A stretch of DNA of 64,000 nt. It comes from Azolla caroliniana (taxonomy: Eukaryota; Plantae; Polypodiophyta). Every line of letters begins with the position of its first letter. Positions within the stretch are counted from its first letter, which is position 1. The stretch is from positions 62,001 through 126,000 of the forward strand of contig JBHGNT010000066.1 in the NCBI GenBank assembly GCA_043228905.1, written 5' to 3'. The notes beneath the pieces were generated by a model. That model was not told the origin of the DNA and searched no databases. It was given only the letters and a program-made list of their open reading frames with translations. The translations under genes and the position numbers were made by a program. Below, piece by piece: positions 10,051 to 22,505 of this stretch.

Positions 10051-13000
10051 CAAACATGCGAATCGAAGCTAACAACGCTAGCTATGATATGGAATTAAAA
10101 AATCAAGATTTTGAAACTCAGGTCGAGAGACATGACGAAATTAGCAAACATGAGGAGTGAGTTGGAAGAGCTAGTAGGTAAATTAAAATGTTCATACCTG
10201 GCGAGTGTGATATCGGATTTTTGTGTTCAAACATACGAATCGAAGCTAACAACGCTAGCTATGATATGGAATTAAAAAATCAAGATTTTGAAACTCAGGT
10301 CGAGAGACATGACGGAATTAGCAAACACGAGGAGTGAGTTGAGAGGAGCCCTTGAGTAAATTAAAATGTTCATACCTAGCGAGTGTGATATCGGATTTTT
10401 GTGTACAAATATGCAAATCGAAGCTAACAACGCTAGCTATGATATGGAATTAACAAATCAAGATTTTGAAACTCAGGTCGAGAGAGATGATGAAATTAGC
10501 AAACTTGAGGAGTGAGTTGAGAGGAGCCCTTCAGTAAATTAAAATGTTCATACATGGCTCGTGTGATATCGGATTTTTGTGTACAAACATGCGAATCGAA
10601 GCTAACAACGCTAGCTATGATATGCAATTAAAAAATCAAGATTTTGAAACTCAGGTCGAGAGACATGAAGAAATTAGCAAACTTGAGGAGTGAGTTTAGA
10701 GGAGCCCTTGAGTAAATTAAAATGTTTATACCTGGCGAGTGTTATATCGGATTTTTGTGTTCAAACATGCGAATCGAAGCTAACAACGCTAGCTATGATA
10801 TGGAATTAAAAAATCAAGATTTTGAAACTCAGGTCGAGAGACATGACGAAATTAGCAAACATGAGGAGTGAGTTGGAAGAGCTAGTAGGTAAATTAAAAT
10901 GTTCATACCTAGCGAGTGTGATATCGGATTTTTGTGTACAAACATGCGAATCGAAGCTAACAACGCTACCTATGATATAGAATTAAAAAATCAAGATTTT
11001 GAAAGTCAGGTCGAGAGACATGATGAAATTAGCAAACATAAGGAGTGAGTTGGAAGAGCTAGTAGGTAAATTAAAATGTTCATACCTGGCGAGTGTGATA
11101 TCGGATTTTTGTGTTCAAACATGCGAATCGAAGCTAACAACGCTAGCTATGATATGGAATTAAAAAATCAAGATTTTGAAACTCAGGTCGAGAGACATGA
11201 CGAAATTAGCAAACATGAGGAGTGAGTTGGAAGAGCTAGTAGGTAAATTACAATGTTTATACCTGGCGAGTGTGATATCGGATTTTTGTGTTCAAACATG
11301 TGAATCGAAGCTAACAACGCTAGCTATGATATGGAATTAAAAAATCAAGATTTTGAAACTCAGGTCGAGAGACATGACGAAATTAGCAAACATGAGGAGT
11401 GAGTTGGAAGAGCTAGTAGGTAAATTAAAATGTTCATACCTGGCGAGTGTGATATCGGATTTTTGTGTTCAAACATGCGAATCGAAGCTAACAACGCTAG
11501 CTATGATATGGAATTAAAAAATCAAGATTTTGAAACTCAGGTCGAGAGACATGACGGAATTAGCAAACATGAGGAGTGAGTTGAGAGGAGCCCTTGAGTA
11601 AATTAAAATGTTCATACCTAGCGAGTGTGATATCGGATTTTTGTGTACAAATATGCGAATCGAAGCTAACAACGCTAGCTATGATATGGAATTAACAAAT
11701 CAAGATTTTGAAACTCAGGTCGAGAGAGATGATGAAATTAGCAAACTTGAGGAGTGAGTTGAGAGGAGCCCTTCAGTAAATTAAAATGTTCATACATGGC
11801 TCGTGTGATATCGGATTTTTGTGTACAAACATGCGAATCGAAGCTAACAACGCTAGCTATGATATGGAATTAAAAAATCAAGATTTTGAAACTCAGGACG
11901 AGAGACATGACGAAATTAGCAAACATGAGGAGGGAGTTCAAAGGAAGCATTGAGTAAATTAAAATGTTCATACCTGGCTCGTGTGATATCGGATTTTTTT
12001 GTACAAACATGCGAATCGAAGCTAACAACGCTAGCTATGATATGGAATTAAAAAATCAAGATTTTGAAACTCAGGTCGAGAGACATGACGAAATTAGCAA
12101 ACATGAGGAGTGAGTTGGAAGAGCTAGTAGGTAAATTAAAATGTTCATACCTGGCGAGTGTGATATCGGATTTTTGTGTTCAAACATACGAATCGAAGCT
12201 AACAACGCTAGCTATGATATGGAATTAAAAAATCAAGATTTTGAAACTCAGGTCGAGAGACATGACGGAATTAGCAAACACGAGGAGTGAGTTGAGAGGA
12301 GCCCTTGAGTAAATTAAAATGTTCATACCTAGCGAGTGTGATATCGGATTTTTGTGTACAAATATGCAAATCGAAGCTAACAACGCTAGCTATGATATGG
12401 AATTAACAAATCAAGATTTTGAAACTCAGGTCGAGAGAGATGATGAAATTAGCAAACTTGAGGAGTGAGTTGAGAGGAGCCCTTCAGTAAATTAAAATGT
12501 TCATACATGGCTCGTGTGATATCGGATTTTTGTGTACAAACATGCGAATCGAAGCTAACAACGCTAGCTATGATATGCAATTAAAAAATCAAGATTTTGA
12601 AACTCAGGTCGAGAGACATGAAGAAATTAGCAAACTTGAGGAGTGAGTTTAGAGGAGCCCTTGAGTAAATTAAAATGTTTATACCTGGCGAGTGTTATAT
12701 CGGATTTTTGTGTTCAAACATGCGAATCGAAGCTAACAACGCTAGCTATGATATGGAATTAAAAAATCAAGATTTTGAAACTCAGGTCGAGAGACATGAC
12801 GAAATTAGCAAACATGAGGAGTGAGTTGGAAGAGCTAGTAGGTAAATTAAAATGTTCATACCTAGCGAGTGTGATATCGGATTTTTGTGTACAAACATGC
12901 GAATCGAAGCTAACAACGCTACCTATGATATAGAATTAAAAAATCAAGATTTTGAAAGTCAGGTCGAGAGACATGATGAAATTAGCAAACATAAGGAGTG

Positions 13001-14049
13001 AGTTGGAAGAGCTAGTAGGTAAATTAAAATGTTCATACCTGGCGAGTGTGATATCGGATTTTTGTGTTCAAACATGCGAATCGAAGCTAACAACGCTAGC
13101 TATGATATGGAATTAAAAAATCAAGATTTTGAAACTCAGGTCGAGAGACATGACGAAATTAGCAAACATGAGGAGTGAGTTGGAAGAGCTAGTAGGTAAA
13201 TTACAATGTTTATACCTGGCGAGTGTGATATCGGATTTTTGTGTTCAAACATGTGAATCGAAGCTAACAACGCTAGCTATGATATGGAATTAAAAAATCA
13301 AGATTTTGAAACTCAGGTCGAGAGACATGACGAAATTAGCAAACATGAGGAGTGAGTTGGAAGAGCTAGTAGGTAAATTAAAATGTTCATACCTGGCGAG
13401 TGTGATATCGGATTTTTGTGTTCAAACATGCGAATCGAAGCTAACAACGCTAGCTATGATATGGAATTAAAAAATCAAGATTTTGAAACTCAGGTCGAGA
13501 GACATGACGGAATTAGCAAACATGAGGAGTGAGTTGAGAGGAGCCCTTGAGTAAATTAAAATGTTCATACCTAGCGAGTGTGATATCGGATTTTTGTGTA
13601 CAAATATGCGAATCGAAGCTAACAACGCTAGCTATGATATGGAATTAACAAATCAAGATTTTGAAACTCAGGTCGAGAGAGATGATGAAATTAGCAAACT
13701 TGAGGAGTGAGTTGAGAGGAGCCCTTCAGTAAATTAAAATGTTCATACATGGCTCGTGTGATATCGGATTTTTGTGTACAAACATGCGAATCGAAGCTAA
13801 CAACGCTAGCTATGATATGGAATTAAAAAATCAAGATTTTGAAACTCAGGACGAGAGACATGACGAAATTAGCAAACATGAGGAGGGAGTTCAGAGGAAG
13901 CATTGAGTAAATTAAAATGTTCATACCTGGCTCGTGTGATATCGGATTTTTTTGTACAAACATGCGAATCGAAGCTAACAACGCTAGCTATGATATGGAA
14001 TTAAAAAATCAAGATTTTGAAACTCAGGTCGAGAGACATGACGAAATTA
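10051..14049 (+). repeat. 11-monomer HOR, period 1953 bp (11x178-5), 2 copies
   Basis: The private SNPs ACATACGAAT (10231/12184), AAACATAAGG, TTACAATGTTTAT and ACATGTGAATC each recur at +1953. Confidence 0.88.
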
Positions 14050-17034
14050 CAAAATTTGAGGAGTGAGGTTGGAAGAGCTAGTAGGTAAATTAAAATGTTC
14101 ATACCTAGCGAGTGTGATATCGGATTTTTGTGTACAAACATGCGAATCGAAGCTAACAACGCTACCTATGATATAGAATTAAAAAATCAAGATTTTGAAA
14201 GTCAGGTCGAGAGACATGACGAAATTAGCAAACATGAGGAGTGAGTTGGAAGAGCTAGTAGGTAAATTAAAATGTTCATACCTGGCGAGTGTGATATCGG
14301 ATTTTTGTGTTCAAACATGCGAATCGAAGCTAACAACGCTAGCTATGATATGGAATTCAAAAATCAAGATTTTGAAACTCAGGTCGAGAGACATGACGAA
14401 ATTAGCAAACATGAGGAGTGAGTTGGAAGAGCTAGTAGGTAAATTAAAATGTTCATACCTAGCGAGTGTGATATCGGATTTTTGTGTACAAACATGCGAA
14501 TCGAAGCTAACAACGCTACCTATGATATAGAATTAAAAAATCAAGATTTTGAAAGTCAGGTCGAGAGACATGACGAAATTAGCAAACATGAGGAGTGAGT
14601 TGGAAGAGCTAGTAGGTAAATTAAAATGTTCATACCTGGCGAGTGTGATATCGGATTTTTGTGTTCAAACATGCGAATCGAAGCTAACAACGCTAGCTAT
14701 GATATGGAATTAAAAAATCAAGATTTTGAAACTCAGGTCGAGAGACATGACGAAATTAGCAAACATGAGGAGTGAGTTGGAAGAGCTAGTAGGTAAATTA
14801 AAATGTTCATACCTGGCGAGTGTGATATCGGATTTTTGTGTTCAAACATGCGAATCGAAGCTAACAACGCTAGCTATGATATGGAATTAAAAAATCAAGA
14901 TTTTGAAACTCAGGTCGAGAGACATGACGGAATTAGCAAACATGAGGAGTGAGTTGAGAGGAGCCCTTGAGTAAATTAAAATGTTCATACCTAGCGAGTG
15001 TGATATCGGCTTTTTGTGTACAAATATGCGAATCGAAGCTAACAACGCTAGCTATGATATGGAATTAACAAATCAAGATTTTGAAACTCAGGTCGAGAGA
15101 GATGATGAAATTAGCAAACTTCAGGAGTGAGTTGAGAGGAGCGCTTCAGTAAATTTAAATGTTCATACATGGCTCGTGTGATATCGGATTTTTGTGTACA
15201 AACATGCGAATCGAAGCTAACAACGCTAGCTATGATATGGAATTTTAAAATCAAGATTTTGAAACTCAGGACGAGAGACATGGCGAAATTAGCAAACATG
15301 AGGAGGGAGTTCAGAGGAAGCATTGAGTAAATTAAAATGTTCATACCTGGCTCGTGTGATATCGGATTTTTGTGTTCAAACATGCGAATCGAAGCTAGCA
15401 ACGCTAGCTATGATATGGAATTAACAAATCAAGATTTTGAAACTCAGGTCGAGAGACATGACGAAATTAGCAAACATGAGGAGTGAGTTGAGAGGAGCCC
15501 TTGACTAAATTAAAATGTTCATACCTGGTGAGTGTGATATCGGATTTTTGTGTACAAACATGCGAATCGAAGCTAACAACGCTAGCTATGATATGGAATT
15601 CAAAAATCAAGATTTTGAAACTCAGGTCGAGAGACATGACGGAATTAGCAAACATGAGGAGTGAGTTGAGAGGAGCCCTTGAGTAAATTAAAATGTTCAT
15701 ACCTAGCGAGTGTGATATCGGATTTTTGTGTACAAATATGCGAATCGAAGCTAACAACGCTAGCTATGATATGGAATTAACAAATCAAGATATTGAAACT
15801 CAGGTCGAGAGAGATGATGAAATTAGCAAACATGAGGAGGGAGTTTAGAGGAACCATTGAGTGAATTAAAATGTTCATACCTTTCTCATGTGATATCGGA
15901 TTTTTGTGTTCCAACATGCGAATCGAAGCTAACAATGCTAGCTATGATATGGAATTCAAAAATCAAGATTTTGAAACTCAGGTCGAGAGACATGACGAAA
16001 TTAGCAAACATGATTAGTGAGTTGAGAGGAGCCCTTGAGTAAATTAAAATGTTCATACCTAGCGAGTGTGATATCGCATTTCTGTGTTCAAACATGCGAT
16101 TCGAAGCTAGCAACGCTAGCTATGATATGGAATTAAAAAATCAAGATTTTGAAACTCAGGTCGAGAGACATGACGAAATTAGCAAACATGAGGAGTGAGT
16201 TGGAAGAGCTAGTAGGTAAATTAAAATGTTCATACCTGGCGAGTGTGATATCGGATTTTTGTGTTCAAACATGCGAATCGAAGCTAACAACGCTAGCTAT
16301 GATATGGAATTAAAAAATCAAGATTTTGAAACTCAGGTCGAGAGACATGACGAAATTAGCAAACATGAGGAGTGAGTTGGAAGAGCTAGTAGGTAAGTTA
16401 AAATGTTCATACCTGGCGAGTGTGATATCGGATTTTTGTGTTCAAACATGCGAATCGAAGCTAACAACGTTAGCTATGATATGGAATTAAAAAATCAAGA
16501 TTTTGAAACTCAGGTCGAGAGACATGACGGAATTAGCAAACATGAGGAGTGAGTTGAGAGGAGCCCTTGAGTAAATTAAAATGTTCATACCTAGCGAGTG
16601 TGATATCGGATTTTTGTGTACAAATATGCGAATCGAAGCTAACAACGCTAGCTATGATATGGAATTAACAAATTAAGATTTTGAAACTCAGGTCGAGAGA
16701 GATGATGAAATTAGCAAACTTGAGGAGTGAGTTGAGAGGAGCCCTTCAGTAAATTAAAATGTTCATACATGGCTCGTGTGATATCCGATTTTTGTGTACA
16801 AACATGCGAATCGAAGCTAACAACGCTAGCTATGATATGGAATTAAAAAATCAAGACTTTGAAACTCAGGTCAAGAGACATGACGAAATTAGCAAACATG
16901 AGGAGTGAGTTGAGAGGAGCCCTTGAGTAAATTAAAATGTTTATACCTGGCGAATGTTATATCGGATTTTTGTGTTCAAACATGCGAATCGAAGCTAACA
17001 ACGCTAGCTATGATATGGAATTAAAAAATCAAGA

Positions 17035-20000
17035 TTTTGAAACTCAGGTCGAGAGACATGACGAAATTAGCAAACATGAGGAGTGAGTTGAGAGGAGCCC
17101 TTGAGTAAATTAAAATGTTTATACCTGGCGAATGTTATATCGGATTTTTGTGTAGAAGCATGCGAGTCGAAGCTAACAACGCTAGCTATGATATGGAATT
17201 CAAAAATCAAGATTTTGAAACTCAGGTCGAGAGACATGACGAAATTACCAAATTTGAGGAGTGAGTTGAGAGGAGCCCTTGAGTAAATTAAAATGTTCAT
17301 ACCTGGCTCGTGTAATATCCGATTTTTGTGTTCAAACATGCGAATTGATGCTAGCAACGCTAGCTATGATATGGAATTAATAAATCAAGATTTTTAAACT
17401 CAGGTCGAGAGACATGATGAAATTACCAAACATAGGGAGGGAGTTGAGAGGAACCCTTGAGTAAATTAAAATGTTCATACCTGGCTCGTGTGATATCGGA
17501 TTTTTGTGTTCAAACATGCGAATCGAGGCTAACAACGCTAGCTATGATATGGAATTCAAAAATCAAGATTTTGAAACTCAGGTGGAGAGACATGATGAAA
17601 TTACCAAACATAGGGAGGGAGTTGAGAGGAACCCTTGAGTAAATTAAAATGTTCATACCTGGCTCGTGTGATATCGGATTTTTGTGTTCAAACATGCGAA
17701 TCGAAGCTAACAACGCTAGCTATGATATGGAATTCAAAAATCAAGATTTTGAAACTCAGGTCGAGAGACATGACGAAATTAGCAAACATGAGGAGTGAGT
17801 TGAGAGGAGCCCTTGAGTAAATTAAAATGTTCATACCTGGCTCGTGTGATATCGGATTTTTGTGTTCAAACATGCGATTCGAAGCTAACAACGCTAGCTA
17901 TGATATGGAATTAAAAAATCAAGATTTTGAAACTCAGGTCGACAGACACGACGAAATTAGCAAACATGAGGAGTGAGTTGGAAGAGCTAGTAGGTAAATT
18001 AAAATGTTCATACCTGGCTCGTGTGATATCGAAGTTTTGTGTTCAAACATGCGAATCGAAGCTAACAACGCTAGCTATGATATGGAATTAAAATATAAAG
18101 ATTTTGAAACTCAGGTCGACAGACATGGCGAAATTAGCAAACATGAGGAGTGAGTTGAGAGGAGCCCTTGAGTAAATTAAAATGTTCATACCTGGCGAGT
18201 GTGATATCGGATTTTTGTGTTCAAACATGAGAATCGAAGCTAACAACGCTAGCTATGATATGGAATTAACAAATCATGATTTTGAAACTCAGATCGAGAG
18301 ACATGACGAAATTACCAAATTTGAGGAGTGAGTTGAGAGGAGCCCTTGAGTAAATTAAAATATTCATACCTGGCGAGTGTGATATCGGATTTTTGTGTAC
18401 AAACATGCGAATCGAAGCTAACAACGCTAGCTATGATATGGAATTTAAAAATCAAGATTTTGAAACTCAGGTCAAGAGACATGACGATATTAGCAAACAT
18501 GAGGATTCAGTTGAGAGGAGCCCTTGACTAAATTAAAATGTTCATACCTAGCGAGTGTGATATCGGATTTTTGTGTACAAACATGCGAATCGAAGCTAAC
18601 AACGCTAGCTATGATATAGAATTAAAAAATCAAGATTTTGAAACTCAAGTCGAGAGACATGACGAAATTACCAAATTTGAGGAGTGAGTTGAGAGGAGCC
18701 CTTGAGTAAATTAAAATGTTCATACCTGGGGAGTGTGATATCGGATTTTTGTGTACAAACATTCGAATCGAAGCTAACAATGCTAGCTATGATATGGAAT
18801 TAAAAAATCAAGATTTTGAAACTCAGGTCGAGAGACATGACGAAATTACCAAATTTGAGGAGTGAGGTTGGAAGAGCCAGTAGGTAAATTAAAATGTTCA
18901 TACCTGGCGAGTGTGATATCGGATTTTTGTGTTCAAACATGCGAATCGAAGCTAACAACGCTAGCTATGATATGGAATTAAAAAATCAAGATTTTGAAAC
19001 TCAGGTCGAGAGACATGATGAAATTAGCAAACATGAGGGGTGAGTTGAGAGGAGCCCTTGAGTAAATTAAAATGTTCATACCTGGCGAGTGTGATATCGG
19101 ATTTTTGTGTTCAAACATGCGAATCGAAGCTAACAACGCTAGCTATGATATGGAATTCAAAAATCAAGATTTTGAAACTCAGGTCGAGAGACATGACGAG
19201 AGACATGAGGAATGAGTTGAGAGGAGCCCTTGAGTAAATTCAAATGTTCATACCTGGCGAGTGTAATATCGGATTTTTGTGTACAAGCATGCGAGTCGAA
19301 GCTAACAACGCTAGCTATGATATGGAATTCAAAAATCAAAATTTTGAAACTCAGGTCGAGAGACATGACGAAATTAGCAAACATGAGGAGTGAGTTGAGA
19401 GGAGCCCTTGAGTAAATTAAAATGTTCATACCTGGCTCGTGTGATATCGGATTTTTGTGTTCAAACATGCGATTCGAAGCTAGCAACGCTAGCTATGATA
19501 TGGAATTAAAAAATCAAGATTTTGAAACTCAGGTCGAGAGACATGACGAAATTACCAAATTTGAGGAGTGAGTTGAGAGGAGCCCTTGAGTAAATTAAAA
19601 TGTTCATACCTGGTGAGTGTGATATCGGATTTTTGTGTACAAACATTCGAATCGAAGCTAACAATGCTAGCTATGATATGGAATTAAAAAATCAAGATTT
19701 TGAAACTCAGGTCGAGAGACATGACGAAATTACCAAATTTGAGGACTAAGGCTGGAAGAGCCAGGAGGTAAATTAAAATGTTCATACCTGGCGAGTGTGA
19801 TATCGGATTTTTGTGTTCAAACATGCGAATCGAAGCTAACAACGCTAGCTATGATATGGAATTAAAAAATCAAGATTTTGAGACTCAGGTCGAGAGACAT
19901 GATGAAATTAGCAAACATGAGGGGTGAGTTGAGAGGAGCCCTTGAGTAAATTAAAATGTTCATACCTGGCGAGTGTGATATCGGATTTTTGTGTTCAAAC

Positions 20001-22505
20001 ATGGGAATCGAAGCTAACAACGCTAGCTATGATATGAAATTCAAAAATCAAGATTTTGAAACTCAGGTCGAGAGACATGACGAAATTAGCAAACATGAGG
20101 AGGGAGTTCAGAGGAACCATTGAGTAAATTAAAATGTTCATACCTGGCTCGTGTGATATCGGATTTTTGTGTTCAAACATGCGAATCGAAGCTAACAACG
20201 CTAGCTATGATATGGAATTAACAAATCAAGATTTTGAAACTCAGGTCGAGAGACATGACGAACTTAACAAACATGAGGAGTGAGTTGAGAGGAGCCCTTG
20301 AGTAAATTAAAATGTTCATACCTAGCGAGTGTGATATCGGATTTTTGTGTTCAAACATGCGAATCGAAGCTAACAACGCTAGCTATGATATGGAATTCAA
20401 AAATCAAGATTTTGAAACTCAGGTCGAGAGACATGACGAAATTAGCAAACATGAGGAGGGAGTTTAGAGGAACCATTGAGTAAATTAAAATGTTTATACC
20501 TGGCTCGTGTGATATCGGATTTTTGTGTTCAAACATGCGATTCGAAGCTAGCAACGCTAGCTATGATATGGAATTAAAAAATCAAGATTTTGAAACTCAG
20601 GTCGAGAGACATGACGAAATTACCAAATTTGAGGAGTAAGTTGAGAGGAGCCCTTGAGTAAATTAAAATGTTCATACCTGGTGAGTGTGATATCGGATTT
20701 TTGTGTACAAACATTCGAATCGAAGCTAACAATGCTAGCTATGATATGGAATTAAAAAATCAAGATTTTGAAACTCAGGTCGAGAGACATGACGAAATTA
20801 CCAAATTTGAGGAGTGAGGTTGGAAGAGCCAGTAGGTAAATTAAAATGTTCATACCTGGCGAGTGTGATATCGGATTTTGGTGTTCTAACATGCGAATCG
20901 AAGCTAACAACGCTAGCTATGATATGGAATTAAAAAATCAAGATTTTGAAACTCAGGTCGAGAGACATGATGAAATTAGCAAACATGAGGGGTAAGTTGA
21001 GAGGAGCCCTTGAGTAAATTAAAATGTTCATACCTGGCGAGTGTGATATCGGATTCTTGTGTTCAAACATGCGAATCGAAGCTAACAACGCTAGCTATGA
21101 TATGGAATTCAAAAATCAAGATTTTGAAACTCAGGTCGAGAGACATGACGAAATTAGCAAACATGAGGAGGGAGTTCAGAGGAACGTTTGAGTAAATTAA
21201 AATGTTCATACCTGGCGAGTGTGATATCGGATTTTTGTGTACAAGCATGCGAGTCGAAGCTAACAACGCTAGCTATGATATGGAATTCAAAAATCAAGAT
21301 TTTGAAACTCAGGTCGAGAGACATGACGAAATTACCAAATTTGAGGAGTGAGTTGAGAGGAGCCCTTGAGTAAATTAAAATGTTCATACCTGGCGAGTGT
21401 GATATCTGATTTTTGTGTACAAACACGCGAATCGAAGCTAACAACGCTAGCTATGATATGGAGTTAACAAATCAAGATTTTGAAACTCAGGTCGAGAGAC
21501 ATGACGAAATTAGCAAACATGAGGATTCAGTTGAGAGGAGCCCTTCACTAAATTAAAATGTTCATACCTAGCGAGTGTGATATCGGATTTTTGTGTACAA
21601 ACATGCGATTCGAAGCTAGCAACGCTAGCTATGATATGGAATTCAAAAATCAAGATTTTGAAACTCAGGTCGAGAGACATGACGAAATTACCAAATTTGA
21701 GGAGTGAGTTGAGAGGAGCCCTTGACTCAATTAAAATGTTCATACCTGGTGAGTGTGATATCGGATTTTTGTGTACAAACATTCGAATCGAAGCTAACAA
21801 CGCTAGCTATGATATGGAATTAAAAAATCAAGATTTTGAAACTCAGGTCGAGAGACATGACGAAATTACCAAATTTGAGGACTAAGGCTGGAAGAGCCAG
21901 GAGGTAAATTAAAATGTTCATACCTGGCGAGTGTGATATCGGATTTTTGTGTTCAAACATGCGAATCGAAGCTAACAACGCTAGCTATGATATGGAATTA
22001 AAAAATCAAGATTTTGAAACTCAGGTCGAGAGACATGATGAAATTAGCAAACATGAGGGGTGAGTTGAGAGGAGCCCTTGAGTAAATTAAAATGTTCATA
22101 CCTGGCGAGTGTGATATCGGATTTTTGTGTTCAAACATGCGAATCGAAGCTAACAACGCTAGCTATGATATGGAATTCAAAAATCAAGATTTTGAAACTC
22201 AGGTCGAGAGAGATGACGAAATTAGCAAACATGAGGAGGGAGTTTAGAGGAACCTTTGAGTAAATGAAAATGTTCATACCTGGCTCGTGTGATATCGGAT
22301 TTTTGTGTTCAAACATGCGAATCGAAGCTAACAACGCTACCTATGATATGGAATTAACAAATCAAGATTTTGAAACTCAGGTCGAGAGACATGACGAACT
22401 TAGCAAACATGAGGAGTGAGTTGAGAGGAGCCCTTGAGTAAATTAAAATGTTCATACCTAGCGAGTGTGATATCGGATTTCTGTGTTCAAACATGCGAAT
22501 CGAAG
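17035..22505 (+). repeat. Satellite block X, copy 1 of a roughly 5-kb segmental duplication
   Basis: ORF pairs 18312/32784, 19157/33629, 21154/35626 and 22131/36603 are all offset by 14472 bp. Pair 17101/32107 is offset by 15006 (14472+3x178). Confidence 0.9.
19185..19208 (+). other. 172-bp variant monomer with (CGAGAGACATGA)2 replacing the consensus; also at 33657-33680 and 39525-39548
   Basis: The sequence reads GTCGAGAGACATGACGAGAGACATGAGG against consensus GTCGAGAGACATGACGAAATTAGCAAACATGAGG, a net loss of 6 bp. Confidence 0.92.
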
